Of a stretch of DNA of 64,000 nucleotides, positions 9,613 to 18,960 are shown piece after piece. The stretch's first letter is position 1. Every line of letters starts with the position of its first letter. The position numbers and the translations under genes are program-made. This stretch comes from a virus (lineage: Duplodnaviria; Caudoviricetes): the IMG/VR virus record IMGVR_UViG_3300032135_000291, positions 10,916 to 74,915 of that record; one strand, given 5' to 3'. Below the pieces are notes generated by a model, which was given only the letters and a program-made list of their open reading frames with translations, did no database searches and had not been told where the DNA came from.

Positions 9613-12231
9613 GTGACTACGATTGCGGTTGGATTCCCAGACATTGCTGCGTGCTGGGATGTTGAGCGCAACGGCAAGACGCCCGAAGAGGTGGGCACGA
9701 AGTCCAGCGCAGTCGCCTACTGGAAGTGCACAGAGCACCCCAGTCACACGTGGGAAGCCTCCGCGGCGAAGATGACCCAGAGGTCGTATGTGTGCCCCCG
9801 CTGCCAGAGCGTGGCGTTCCTGTTCCCGAATCTGCTTGCCGAGTGGGACTACGAAGCCAACGGTGACTTGTCTCCGTGGGATCTGTCTGCTGGGTCGTCC
9901 AAGGAGGCGCACTGGGTGTGCCGAAAGAACTCCGCGCACCGCTGGCCGGCTCGCGTCGTGTCTCGCTCGAAGCGTGGCGCGCAATGCCCCATCTGCACGG
10001 GGCGCAAGTTGGTCTCCGGACTCAACGACCTTGCTAGCCAGTACCCGGAGGTCGCGGCCGAGTGGGACGCCGAAGCCAACGGAGACGTGACTCCGGGAAG
10101 TGTTCACTCCGGCTCGGCAGATGAAGCGCATTGGGTGTGCTCGAACAACTCAGAGCACCGCTGGTCGGCGCGCATCAGCAACCGGACGCACCAGGGCGCG
10201 GGCTGCCGAAAGTGCGCAGCCCAGAGCAGCGGCGAGAAGCGTCGAGGGCAGCCGACGAAGCGTCGAGCGTACGTGCCGTCGCCGGAGAGGTCCTTTGCGG
10301 CGCTGCGCCCGGACCTGCTGAGTGAGTGGGCGGATCCAGACCACGACCCGAAGACCACCGCCGGAAAGTCGAACACCAACATCCTGTGGGCTTGCCCAAA
10401 GCCTGGACACGGAACGTGGCGAGCGAAGGTATGCGAACGGACAGTCGGTCGCGGTGGGTGCCGCGTGTGCAGCGGCAAGGATGTCGTGAAGGGCGTCAAC
10501 GACCTCGCGACGACTCACCCCGAACTCGCCCGTCAGATGGTTGACCCGGTAATCGCCGCTGACGCCATCAACTGGCGGTGCCGTGACAAGGCCCTGTGGC
10601 AGTGCGTTCGCGACGAATCGCACCGGTGGCGCGCAACCGTGCGCTCGAGAGCAGACCAGGGGAACGGATGCTCGCTGTGCCGCGGACTCCTCGCGAACAA
10701 GGGCGTCAACGACCTCGCGACGACCCACCCGCACCTCCTCGAAGAGTGGAACCACCCGAGCATCGACCCGACGACCATCAAGGCTGGCAGCGGCTTCCGC
10801 GTCCGGTGGAAGTGCTCCCGCAACCCTGCGCACGAGCCGTGGGTGACGGCCATCTCAGAGCGCGCACAGCGAGGGACGGGGTGCCCGAAGTGCGCATGGG
10901 CACCGGAGGTCGGCGAGACCGATCTCGCGACAACTCACCCGCACCTTCTCGAAGAGTGGGCCGACGAGACGGTGAGCGCCGACGAAGTCACCGCTGGCAG
11001 TGGGGCCATCGTCCAGTGGCGCTGCCGCGTCGACCAACGACACGTGTGGCCGGCGTCCGTCGCAAAGCGCGCCGCAGGGTCGGGCTGCCCGGCCTGCCGA
11101 GGACGCCTGTCCATCCCGGGCGTGAACGACCTCGCGACAACTCACCCGGAACTGGCAGCGGAATGGAACGACGCGGAGCGAGCCCCCTCGTCCGTGACTT
11201 CCCGGTCGATCTACCGCGCGACGTGGAAATGCTCCAAGAACCCCAAGCACACCTGGACGTGCCTCGTTCAGCAGCGCGCGGTCGACGGCACAGGGTGTCC
11301 GGACTGCTGGCGCCTCACATTCACTTCCAAGGCGGAGAACGATATTGTCTCCATCGTGAAGTCGCTCTGCCCGGACGTCACGATTGTTCGCAACGACCGT
11401 TCACTCGGGGGAGGGGAACTCGATATCCACGTCCCAGAACGCCAACTGGCGATCGAGTTCAACGGCATCTACTGGCACACCGAAGACGCAGGGCGTGACC
11501 GCGAATACCACCGCGATAAGACTCTGGCCGCTCGCGCTGCGGGCCTGCAACTGGTGCATGTATGGGAAGACGAGTGGGCCGTTCATCGCGACGTCGTGGT
11601 GCGTGGCATCGCGCATCGCCTGAACGCGACCGACCGCCTCGGGGCGCCCGGAGTGCTCCTGGACCCTGACCCTGCGACGTGGGAGCGACTGAACGCTCGA
11701 TCTCTCACCGTCGCGGCCGTGGGTGCGACCGATGCCGCCACCTTCCTCGATGCCAACCACGTGCAAGGTGGCGTCCGTGCGACACACCACCTCGCGCTTC
11801 TCGACGAGGCCCACGCGGTCCGTGCCGTCCTGTCGGTCATGCGCGGCAAGAGTGGGCAGTGGAGCATCGAACGGTTCGCCACTCGTGGCGTGGTTCGTGG
11901 CGGCTTCACGCGGCTGCTCGTCGCAGCAGAGCGTCGCATCACGTCGGACGGCAGCACCGTCAAGAGTTGGGCCACCTTCGCGGACGAAGGCATGAGCATC
12001 GCCGGCCTGTACGCCAACAATGGCTTCGTTCTGGATGGCACGCTGCCGCCCGATTACCGTTACGTCGTCGCAGGGCAACGAGTGCACAAGTTCAACTACC
12101 GGCTCAAGCGCTTCGCGGCGGATCCGTCTCTCGACTTCGTGGAAGGCGCCACGGAGCGCGAACTCGCGGAGATGAACGGTCTGGCGAGAATCTGGGACTG
12201 CGGCAAAACGCGATGGGTGAGGGACGTCTGA
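9613..12231 (+). CDS. Paralogous zinc-ribbon repeat endonuclease, 8 repeats
   Basis: Same repeat unit x8; ELDIHVPERQLAIEFNGIYWHT; C-terminal ~290 aa highly similar to 7583..9541. Confidence 0.75.
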   Translation: MTTIAVGFPDIAACWDVERNGKTPEEVGTKSSAVAYWKCTEHPSHTWEASAAKMTQRSYVCPRCQSVAFLFPNLLAEWDYEANGDLSPWDLSAGSSKEAHWVCRKNSAHRWPARVVSRSKRGAQCPICTGRKLVSGLNDLASQYPEVAAEWDAEANGDVTPGSVHSGSADEAHWVCSNNSEHRWSARISNRTHQGAGCRKCAAQSSGEKRRGQPTKRRAYVPSPERSFAALRPDLLSEWADPDHDPKTTAGKSNTNILWACPKPGHGTWRAKVCERTVGRGGCRVCSGKDVVKGVNDLATTHPELARQMVDPVIAADAINWRCRDKALWQCVRDESHRWRATVRSRADQGNGCSLCRGLLANKGVNDLATTHPHLLEEWNHPSIDPTTIKAGSGFRVRWKCSRNPAHEPWVTAISERAQRGTGCPKCAWAPEVGETDLATTHPHLLEEWADETVSADEVTAGSGAIVQWRCRVDQRHVWPASVAKRAAGSGCPACRGRLSIPGVNDLATTHPELAAEWNDAERAPSSVTSRSIYRATWKCSKNPKHTWTCLVQQRAVDGTGCPDCWRLTFTSKAENDIVSIVKSLCPDVTIVRNDRSLGGGELDIHVPERQLAIEFNGIYWHTEDAGRDREYHRDKTLAARAAGLQLVHVWEDEWAVHRDVVVRGIAHRLNATDRLGAPGVLLDPDPATWERLNARSLTVAAVGATDAATFLDANHVQGGVRATHHLALLDEAHAVRAVLSVMRGKSGQWSIERFATRGVVRGGFTRLLVAAERRITSDGSTVKSWATFADEGMSIAGLYANNGFVLDGTLPPDYRYVVAGQRVHKFNYRLKRFAADPSLDFVEGATERELAEMNGLARIWDCGKTRWVRDV

Positions 12232-13559
12232 TGGGCAAGAAGGCGAAGATGGGCACGCCGGCGCAGCAGGTGCGCGTTGGACTGAATCTGGCGGTGTGGC
12301 AGATGCGGCTTGCCGTCGAAGACGGGCTGCTGACGCGCCTGAGTGACGCTTCCTATGAGCCTGTACAAGTGGCACGAGCGCTCTCGGACCCGGAGCGCTT
12401 CCACCGGGAACTGCACGCCGCGGAGCGACTGAACGCAACCGAGGCTGCCGCCGACCTTGGGGTTTCGGTACCTGTGTTCAAACGAGCCATGAGTCGGGTT
12501 GCGCTGGAGCCGGCCGAAGTGGTTGATGTGCGCAAGTATGGCCAGGTGCTGACGGTGCGCAAGTGGAGGCGCGGCGATCTGCGGCGGCTTGTTGCCCCGG
12601 TGATCGAAATCGACGAAGTGCTCCGTGAGAGCGTAGCGCCCGTGGCGAGATCCGAGGCGGCAAAAAAGGCTGCGTCCACGCGCCGACGAAATGCGGAGCA
12701 GCGCACCGCGGCAGTAGAGCAGATGGAGTCTGCGCTGATCCTGGGGACGCTCGACACGGAATCGACCGCATCGCTGTGCCGGCTCCACGTCGCGCTGTCG
12801 GACGACGCCTCCGGTGAGTATGCCAGAGACGCCGCGTGGGCGGAATCTGTTAGCAGGGCGCGGCTCGCCCCTGTTGAGCGCGACGAATGGCTGGCCCGCG
12901 TCGAGGCGGCAGCCGGCGGGGTCATGACGCGCCTGGAGGACGTGTGGGTTGTGGAGCAAGAATCTGGAATCGACGCGCAGGCCATCCGACGTAGGGTCCC
13001 GATGGTGGGGCACAAGGTGCTTCTCGAGTGGGTGGAGTTGCACGCTTCACGCAACCCAAACTGGGCGACGGCCGCACGTGCGGCTTTTGATCAGCGCACT
13101 GCGCAGAGGGCGGAGCGGGAGCGCGACGCTATCGCAAAGGAGGCGTGGGGGCACCAAGTCCCGACGTCTGAGGTCGCTGCGAGCGTCGGACTTGATGTGG
13201 AGACATTGCGCGCCCTGTTGCCCGGAGGGGTGACAGTCGGCGCGTTGATGAAGGTGATGGCTCTGCCGATCAACAAGCGCCCCGTGTGGGCTCAGGGCGC
13301 CGAGCGTGCGCGAGGCGAGATCGCTCGCCTTGCCGCTGTGCGCGAAGCGGAGAACGCGCAGCGGGCCGCCAGGGTCCAACGCCGTCGCGAACTGTGGGCG
13401 GGTCACCTCGGGGTCGATGTCGACTTGGTGCCAGATAGTTTCGCGAAGAGCACTGCATTCTCGCGCGGACATCGAGATCGGTCGAATAAGCGGATCAAGC
13501 GCTTCAATTGGGTTGCTGGCGCGCGGGAGGAAACAGCGTCGCGCAGACTGCGTCGGTAA
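12231..13559 (+). CDS. Hypothetical protein
   Basis: TGATG overlap with upstream stop; start MGKKAK corrected from ORF track. Confidence 0.55.
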   Translation: MGKKAKMGTPAQQVRVGLNLAVWQMRLAVEDGLLTRLSDASYEPVQVARALSDPERFHRELHAAERLNATEAAADLGVSVPVFKRAMSRVALEPAEVVDVRKYGQVLTVRKWRRGDLRRLVAPVIEIDEVLRESVAPVARSEAAKKAASTRRRNAEQRTAAVEQMESALILGTLDTESTASLCRLHVALSDDASGEYARDAAWAESVSRARLAPVERDEWLARVEAAAGGVMTRLEDVWVVEQESGIDAQAIRRRVPMVGHKVLLEWVELHASRNPNWATAARAAFDQRTAQRAERERDAIAKEAWGHQVPTSEVAASVGLDVETLRALLPGGVTVGALMKVMALPINKRPVWAQGAERARGEIARLAAVREAENAQRAARVQRRRELWAGHLGVDVDLVPDSFAKSTAFSRGHRDRSNKRIKRFNWVAGAREETASRRLRR

Positions 13560-13801
13560 TTGCTCCTTGGTGCGGAACCCGAGAGTTCGCTCGGCAAGGA
13601 GACAGGACGAGTCCAGCCCTGTCGCTCGGGAGGTTCGGCCCCGCTGACGCGCGCGAGGTGATGGCGGTGAGCCGTGGCGTTTGGCGGATAGAGACCCGCG
13701 GCGAGCATCTCGTCGCCCACCGTCCGTAAGGGCAGGGACTGCGAGCGGCACTTTGGTTAAGCGGTCGGCTAGTCGCCGCCAGCGTCCGACACGAAGCGAG
13801 C

Positions 13802-13810
13802 GGATACCTT
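13802..13810 (+). promoter_or_regulatory. Class II motif GGA-TAC(C/T)NT, representative site (12 copies: 13802, 14894, 16023, 16754, 18043, 29985, 33622, 43963, 46200, 49962, 60977, and 62664 on minus strand)
   Basis: TAnnnT -10-like hexamer 5-6 nt before the start codon at 9 sites; leadered with SD at 3; the 62664 copy lacks the final T. Confidence 0.75.
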
Positions 13811-13816
13811 GACGCT

Positions 13817-14869
13817 ATGAGCCGTTGCAGCGCCCCAGTCTGGGGGCACAAGACCGACAAGTCGCGAGAGAAGTGTCCCGTGCACCGGCTGAGCACGAAG
13901 GTCCCCGGGCGCCTTGCCGCGCCGCCGTCACCGCGCGGATCTTCTGGCGGCTCGGTGGACGACTTCCCCGAGCACACGTTCTTGGATCCCGGGATGGTGG
14001 CCTCGATCGACTACTCCCGCACGACGCGAGGGCGCGACAAGTCGTACTCGCGTGAGTGGAAGGGCCTTCACACCGCGACGAAGGGGCAGATTCGCCCAGG
14101 TCGAATCAACACGGGGTACACGATCGCAAAGGTCGCAGACCTCGCGGGCGTCGTCCGCCTAGGACCGAAGCCCGTGGCGTTTGACGCCTGCGACTTCCCG
14201 TCCGGGACCATGACAAACACCTACGCGGCTGTGATGTACGAAGCGTGCCGTTTCGCCGACGGGCTGGAAGTTACCGCCCCCGGCTCAGAGATCAACCGTT
14301 GCGTGGTGATGGGGAAACTGGTGGTCGGCGGAGGCGTGCGAGCGAAAGGGACCTACGTCAGCGGTCGCATATACATCAACGACGTGAATTCGGCCCTTGA
14401 CGGTGTCGTCGTTGTCGGGCCCGTCAGTGCCCCGTGTAGCCCCGCCCTCGTGGTGGATTCGTACTCCGCGACGGGGTGGCTTCTTGGCCCAAACGTCTCT
14501 GGATTCAAGGACGGCTACTGTCGCCTCTCCCGTCCGGGGCAGTTGGTCGTCGTGCCGGACCACGAGTTGGACCGTCCGGTCGTAGAGGTCCCTGACGACG
14601 GCACGATCGGCGTGGTCACCGAGTCGGAGTCGTTGACCATGTTTGGCGACGCGTACGCGTCGCCCGTCAAGGAGGCTGCGGAGGTCGAACGCCGCATGCG
14701 GACGTTCTCGTCGCTCCTGGGCCGCCCCAAGGACGACTCTGACGGCCGGTGGCTTGACGGCCGCAACCATGGGGCCTGGACGACGCTGATCGACCTGGGC
14801 GGCATCGATGGCGACGAAGTCAACGAGGAGTCCCTTAGCGTGGCGTTGGCGCTGAGCCCGAACCCGTAA
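13817..14869 (+). CDS. Cys/His-tag family protein (class A; beta-solenoid-like centre; C-terminal LALSPNP)
   Basis: N-term CSAPVWGH..CPVH; C-term RPKDDSDGRWLDGRNHGAW..VALALSPNP; GGATAC motif upstream. Confidence 0.75.
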   Translation: MSRCSAPVWGHKTDKSREKCPVHRLSTKVPGRLAAPPSPRGSSGGSVDDFPEHTFLDPGMVASIDYSRTTRGRDKSYSREWKGLHTATKGQIRPGRINTGYTIAKVADLAGVVRLGPKPVAFDACDFPSGTMTNTYAAVMYEACRFADGLEVTAPGSEINRCVVMGKLVVGGGVRAKGTYVSGRIYINDVNSALDGVVVVGPVSAPCSPALVVDSYSATGWLLGPNVSGFKDGYCRLSRPGQLVVVPDHELDRPVVEVPDDGTIGVVTESESLTMFGDAYASPVKEAAEVERRMRTFSSLLGRPKDDSDGRWLDGRNHGAWTTLIDLGGIDGDEVNEESLSVALALSPNP

Positions 14870-14908
14870 GGCCGGCATCGCTCGCCGCCGGCTGGATACC
14901 ATCACGAC

Positions 14909-15949
14909 ATGAGCCTCCCGCGGTGCACCGCACCTACCGGTCACCGGACGCATTCGGGAAGGGCGAAGTGCCCGCTCCATAGTCACTCTCCGATACAGGG
15001 CCCGATCCGTCGCCCAGCGGTGCCGAAGGGCGTGGAAGTACCCGTGAACCAGGAAAGCGCCCTTGAAGCGTTGCTCACGCTGCCTCCCACGGCCACCCTC
15101 GCCGAGACGATGACCGCGTACTACCGGCTGGAGCGCCAGGCGCGCGAGTTCTTCGCGGGCAACGAGAGGACTCGCCTCGACGTATTGCGCGTACTCGCAG
15201 AGGAGCGCGGCGAGACGATTCGCGCTCGGGTCGCCATCAACAAGAGCGCCGACGAGCCGCTGCTTCGCACCCTCGCGGAGGACCCCGACCCCGAGGTGCG
15301 CAGGGTCGTCGCCCACAACTTCAAGTGCCCGCCCGACGTTCTGGATGCACTCTCGCGCGACGCGGTGAGGGAGGTGCGAAAGTCTGTCGGGATGTGTCAC
15401 CGAACGCCACTCCCCGCACTCGAGCGGTTGGTTCGCGACCCCGTGCGGTTCGTTCGAGGCGCGGCCATGACGAATCCTGTGTGGCCACGAGAGGACCTGG
15501 AAAGGCTAGGGGCCGAATTCCGGGAGACGACGGAAGAGGAGGGTCTGGCCGCGAACGTCAACCTCCCACCAGAGATGCTTCGGGAGATCGCCCTGCGCGC
15601 CCCGCGCACCCCCGGCAAGAAGGAGTCGCGCAAGTTCCGTGCCGCGGCGAACCCGTCGACACCGGAGGATGCCCTGCTGGTTTTGGCGGACACCGGGGAC
15701 TACAACTCGGGGCTCTTGCGAAACCCCAAGGTGCCGTCCATCGCCGTCCAGCGGATTGCGGAGGGCGGGGACGACCCGCACGTGCGGAAGCGGGCGCTCG
15801 AAGTCCGTGCCGCACGCATCTTCGAGGCCACCGGGGTACAGCCCGACAACGTGGGCGCTCAGGACTACCTCGTCGACACCGAGTGGTGGACGCTGACGCC
15901 GGACTCCCCCGAGGTGACGCTAGCCCTAGCGCTCTCCCCGGACTTGTGA
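14909..15949 (+). CDS. Cys/His-tag family protein with HEAT/LRV-like repeats; C-terminal LALSPDL
   Basis: N-term CTAPTGH..CPLH; repeats LAEDPDPEVRRVVAHN / LSRDAVREVRKSVG / LVRDPVRFVRGAAMTNP; C-term EWWTLTPDSPEVTLALALSP. Confidence 0.75.
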   Translation: MSLPRCTAPTGHRTHSGRAKCPLHSHSPIQGPIRRPAVPKGVEVPVNQESALEALLTLPPTATLAETMTAYYRLERQAREFFAGNERTRLDVLRVLAEERGETIRARVAINKSADEPLLRTLAEDPDPEVRRVVAHNFKCPPDVLDALSRDAVREVRKSVGMCHRTPLPALERLVRDPVRFVRGAAMTNPVWPREDLERLGAEFRETTEEEGLAANVNLPPEMLREIALRAPRTPGKKESRKFRAAANPSTPEDALLVLADTGDYNSGLLRNPKVPSIAVQRIAEGGDDPHVRKRALEVRAARIFEATGVQPDNVGAQDYLVDTEWWTLTPDSPEVTLALALSPDL

Positions 15950-15970
15950 GTTCACCCCAAAGCGATTCAT

Positions 15971-15993
15971 CGGCGGGGCTAAAGACCCCGCCG
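15971..15993 (+). terminator. GC-rich hairpin downstream of 14909..15949
   Basis: cggcgggg-ctaaaga-ccccgccg inverted repeat; no clean U-tract. Confidence 0.45.
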
Positions 15994-16037
15994 CTCTCTC
16001 GCTAAAGGCTTAGGTAGCGCATGGATACCGTCCGGTC

Positions 16038-16748
16038 ATGAGCAGCAACCCAATGATTCAGCCCTGCCCCAACGGCGGCAAGTGCGGCGCACGCACCCAC
16101 GACGTGACCAAGAACCAGTTCCGTGAGTGCAAGCGGCTGGCCTCCTCGGGTATCAGGTCGATGGCCGGGGCGAGTGCAGCGCCCCCACCTCCGTCTGCTC
16201 CGCACGCCTTTGATGCCGCCGCGTTTGATGAGTCCATGGCGCAGGTGCGCACGCGACTGGCCTCCGCTGAGACTGACGCGCAAGAGGCAATACGCCGCCG
16301 GTTCGTTGGTCACGTAGATGCGCAAATTGCAGTGGCAGAAACCGTGTGCCGTCGCATCGAAAGACTGGACTGGGAACCGGATGGCGACAATGACGAGATG
16401 ACTCTGGCGCTGACGTGCGGTTGCAGCGGCGAAGGTGTCGACGCCAGACGCTTCTTGGACGAGCACGACGTCTCGTCAAATATCGCGCTGGGCGTGCTCG
16501 AATCCTCGCGGGAGTGGCGGGAGTTCCCGACGTTCTCCGGATCGTCCCCAGTCAGCGCCGTCGACGACGAGGAAGACGACTACGAGCAGGTCTGGCGGTG
16601 GGACGGCATGGGTAACCACATGGAGGCGTTTGGGTTGAGTGCGAACAACGACGGTGCGCGCGCCTTCCTGCGCGACTACGAGTGGTGGGATCTCAACTCG
16701 GAGTCCCCGGAGGTCGCTCTCGCGAAAACGCTTCATCCGGGCTCGTAG
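16038..16748 (+). CDS. Cys/His-tag family protein (class B)
   Basis: N-term QPCPNGGKCGARTHDV..FREC; C-term FLRDYEWWDLNSESPEVALAKTLHP. Confidence 0.75.
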   Translation: MSSNPMIQPCPNGGKCGARTHDVTKNQFRECKRLASSGIRSMAGASAAPPPPSAPHAFDAAAFDESMAQVRTRLASAETDAQEAIRRRFVGHVDAQIAVAETVCRRIERLDWEPDGDNDEMTLALTCGCSGEGVDARRFLDEHDVSSNIALGVLESSREWREFPTFSGSSPVSAVDDEEDDYEQVWRWDGMGNHMEAFGLSANNDGARAFLRDYEWWDLNSESPEVALAKTLHPGS

Positions 16749-16768
16749 CGCCTGGATACCGTCAGGGC

Positions 16769-17491
16769 ATGAGCAATCCGATGATCCAGCCCTGTCCTAA
16801 CGGCGGAAAATGTGGCGCACGCACCCACGACGTGTCGAAGGCTCAGTTTCACGAGTGCAAGCGGGCGGCGTTCGGGTTGCCGCCGACGGCCGTCTGGGCT
16901 TCTGCCCCCGTGCTGCAATCACCCGAGCCCATTGACCCAGTTGGGTCCACCGACTTCGAGGCCGCCATCAAGACTGCGTGCGACGCCGCGGGGGCGGCCG
17001 AGACGGCTTCTTATCACGCCAGGAAGAAGGCCTTCGCGGCGCAAATCGAGGCGGCGGTAGTGGTCGCCCGGGCTACCTGCAAGAGTCTCGAATCCATGAA
17101 GTGGACAGGAGACGATGAGGGCGGACAGTCAACGACGCTGGCCTTGTTCTGTGGGTGTGAGCAGGCTGAATGCGATCCCGAGGACGGACTCGATGCTGAC
17201 GGAGAGTTTCTGAGCGCGCACGGCATCGACTCCTGGAACGCGCAAGGCGCGCTCGACGGCAGGCCCGACAAGGGCGACTTCGAGTCATTTCACTGGGAGG
17301 CGGACCTCAACGAGCCCAGCAAATATGACTACAAGTGGACGCGCGACTTCTTCGACGAGCACGTCACGGCCCTCGGTGTTGACGAGTCAAATAAGCCCGC
17401 TCGTGATTTCCTGCGCGATTATGAGTGGTCGACGCTGACGCCAGAATCGCCAGAGGTGGCCCTAGCGAAGACGCTGCACCCCGACGTGTAG
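16769..17491 (+). CDS. Cys/His-tag family protein (class B), tandem paralog of 16038
   Basis: Near-identical N-term and C-term to 16038..16748; start at ATG 16769 behind GGATAC motif. Confidence 0.75.
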   Translation: MSNPMIQPCPNGGKCGARTHDVSKAQFHECKRAAFGLPPTAVWASAPVLQSPEPIDPVGSTDFEAAIKTACDAAGAAETASYHARKKAFAAQIEAAVVVARATCKSLESMKWTGDDEGGQSTTLALFCGCEQAECDPEDGLDADGEFLSAHGIDSWNAQGALDGRPDKGDFESFHWEADLNEPSKYDYKWTRDFFDEHVTALGVDESNKPARDFLRDYEWSTLTPESPEVALAKTLHPDV

Positions 17492-17700
17492 TCGGAACAG
17501 AACTGACGGGGACTCTCGTCGGCTTTCCTGCGGAAGTCGGGTTTGAGAATTGGGCGCTTGACGGCTTCGTCCACCGCCTGCAACCTGGCGCCGTGCGCGC
17601 TTGCCAAATTGCGCACATTGCTGGGGCCACGTAGCGGAGTCACTATGCTTCCCGTAGACCGCAACAGGTTTTATTGCCGAGCAGTATTCACGAGGGAGAC

Positions 17701-18033
17701 ATGCCTGTGTCACGACAGATAGTCGTCATTCTTAAAGACGATGTTGACGGGGGAGACGGAGACGAAACTGTCAATTTCGCGCTGGATGGCGTCACCTACG
17801 AGATTGACCTTTCAACGCAGAACGCGGACGCACTAAGGGCGGCGATGGAGCCCTGGATTTCTGCGGGCCGTCGCGTCCGCTCGAAGCGGTCAGAGTCCGC
17901 GGGCGGGACAACCCGGTCGGCCAAGCGCGATTCCACCCGGATCAGAACGTGGGCGGCGGCCCACGGCTACGAGGTCGGCGAACGCGGGCGCATCCCCGGG
18001 GACGTCGAGAAGGCGTACTTCGACAGCCTGTGA
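17701..18033 (+). CDS. lsr2: Lsr2 nucleoid-associated protein / xenogeneic silencer
   Basis: DDVDGG..ETVNFALDGVTYEIDLS..NA..LR; RIRTWAAAHGYEVGERGRIP; SD gagggag. Confidence 0.92.
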   Translation: MPVSRQIVVILKDDVDGGDGDETVNFALDGVTYEIDLSTQNADALRAAMEPWISAGRRVRSKRSESAGGTTRSAKRDSTRIRTWAAAHGYEVGERGRIPGDVEKAYFDSL

Positions 18034-18057
18034 CCTTGGCGTGGATACCGTACGGGT

Positions 18058-18918
18058 ATGAAGTGTTCAGCGCCCGTGGAGGGGCACACCAGTCGGTCGG
18101 AAGAGTTGAAGTGTCCGGCGCACGGCAAGAGCGACCCCGCGCGGCGCTCTGCTCGTGCACCTTCCGCGCCGACCAGTCCTGACGGCGCATACCCCAACGC
18201 GGACGTCACGGCCAAGGCGTCCGCCAATGGCGCCGCCACTCGGGGGCTACGAGTGTCCGGCACGCTGACCGCAGCACACAACTCCGTCGTCGAGGACTGC
18301 GTTGCTGGCGCCATCACCGTGAATACCGGCGCCACCTTGACGGACTGCCACGCCATCGAGAGCGGCCAGCAGGAAGACCGCCCGCCAAACGCCTTCATCG
18401 AGGGGTACTGCAGCGACATCTCAATGACCAACTGCACTGCGCAGGGCATCAAGTTGCAGATCAGGAACTCGTCGATCGTCGACTGCCACGCACGAGGCAA
18501 CTTCGCGATGGAGAGTGCGGTGGAGAGCGAGGTCGTTGGGTGCACGTCAGATCGCATGATCGTGCTGGACGACGGATACAAGACTCGGGTCGTCATCACG
18601 GAGCCCGGGCAGATTTTCGTGTCTCCTAGATCCAACTTGGAGTGCGCCGTCGAGTGCCCGATAGACCTCACCATCATCCTTCCGTCCGACCACCCGTGGC
18701 ATAATCCCAGGAGCGGCGATGACGTGACGTGGATCAACAAGGAGATCGCTCTCCGCCGATCGCTGGTGCTGCGCCCAAAGGACGGCTCGCACGGTCTTTG
18801 GCTGGACGCACGCAATGAGAAAGCCTGGGAGGCTCTTCTCGAGTCCGCCGACCTGGAAGCCTGCTCGGTCGAGGACAGCGCCGTGTTCGTCGCGTTGGCG
18901 CTATACCCGAACCCCTAG
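18058..18918 (+). CDS. Cys/His-tag family protein (class A; beta-helix-like centre; C-terminal LALYPNP)
   Basis: CSAPVEGH..CPAH; RPKDGSHGLWLDARNEKAW..VALALYPNP. Confidence 0.75.
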   Translation: MKCSAPVEGHTSRSEELKCPAHGKSDPARRSARAPSAPTSPDGAYPNADVTAKASANGAATRGLRVSGTLTAAHNSVVEDCVAGAITVNTGATLTDCHAIESGQQEDRPPNAFIEGYCSDISMTNCTAQGIKLQIRNSSIVDCHARGNFAMESAVESEVVGCTSDRMIVLDDGYKTRVVITEPGQIFVSPRSNLECAVECPIDLTIILPSDHPWHNPRSGDDVTWINKEIALRRSLVLRPKDGSHGLWLDARNEKAWEALLESADLEACSVEDSAVFVALALYPNP

Positions 18919-18941
18919 GCTCGGTCTGGCTCAATCCAACT

Positions 18942-18953
18942 GTGTGGTAGCCT
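18942..18953 (+). promoter_or_regulatory. Class I motif GTGTGG-TAGNNT, representative site (13 exact GTGTGGTAG copies on both strands plus variants)
   Basis: Extended -10 geometry TGnTAnnnT; upstream of M50, MTase, dnaC-like, dnaB, whiB, 49636, A24, 55899, SNF2 and holA-like genes. Confidence 0.75.
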
Positions 18954-18960
18954 TTAACGC

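Noticed and set aside
7583-12231. Recurring ~30-40 nt DNA repeats (aacgacctcgcgac..caccc) as a possible CRISPR array
   Set aside because: They lie in frame within long ORFs at ~200-nt spacing and encode the Zn-ribbon repeat; no cas genes.
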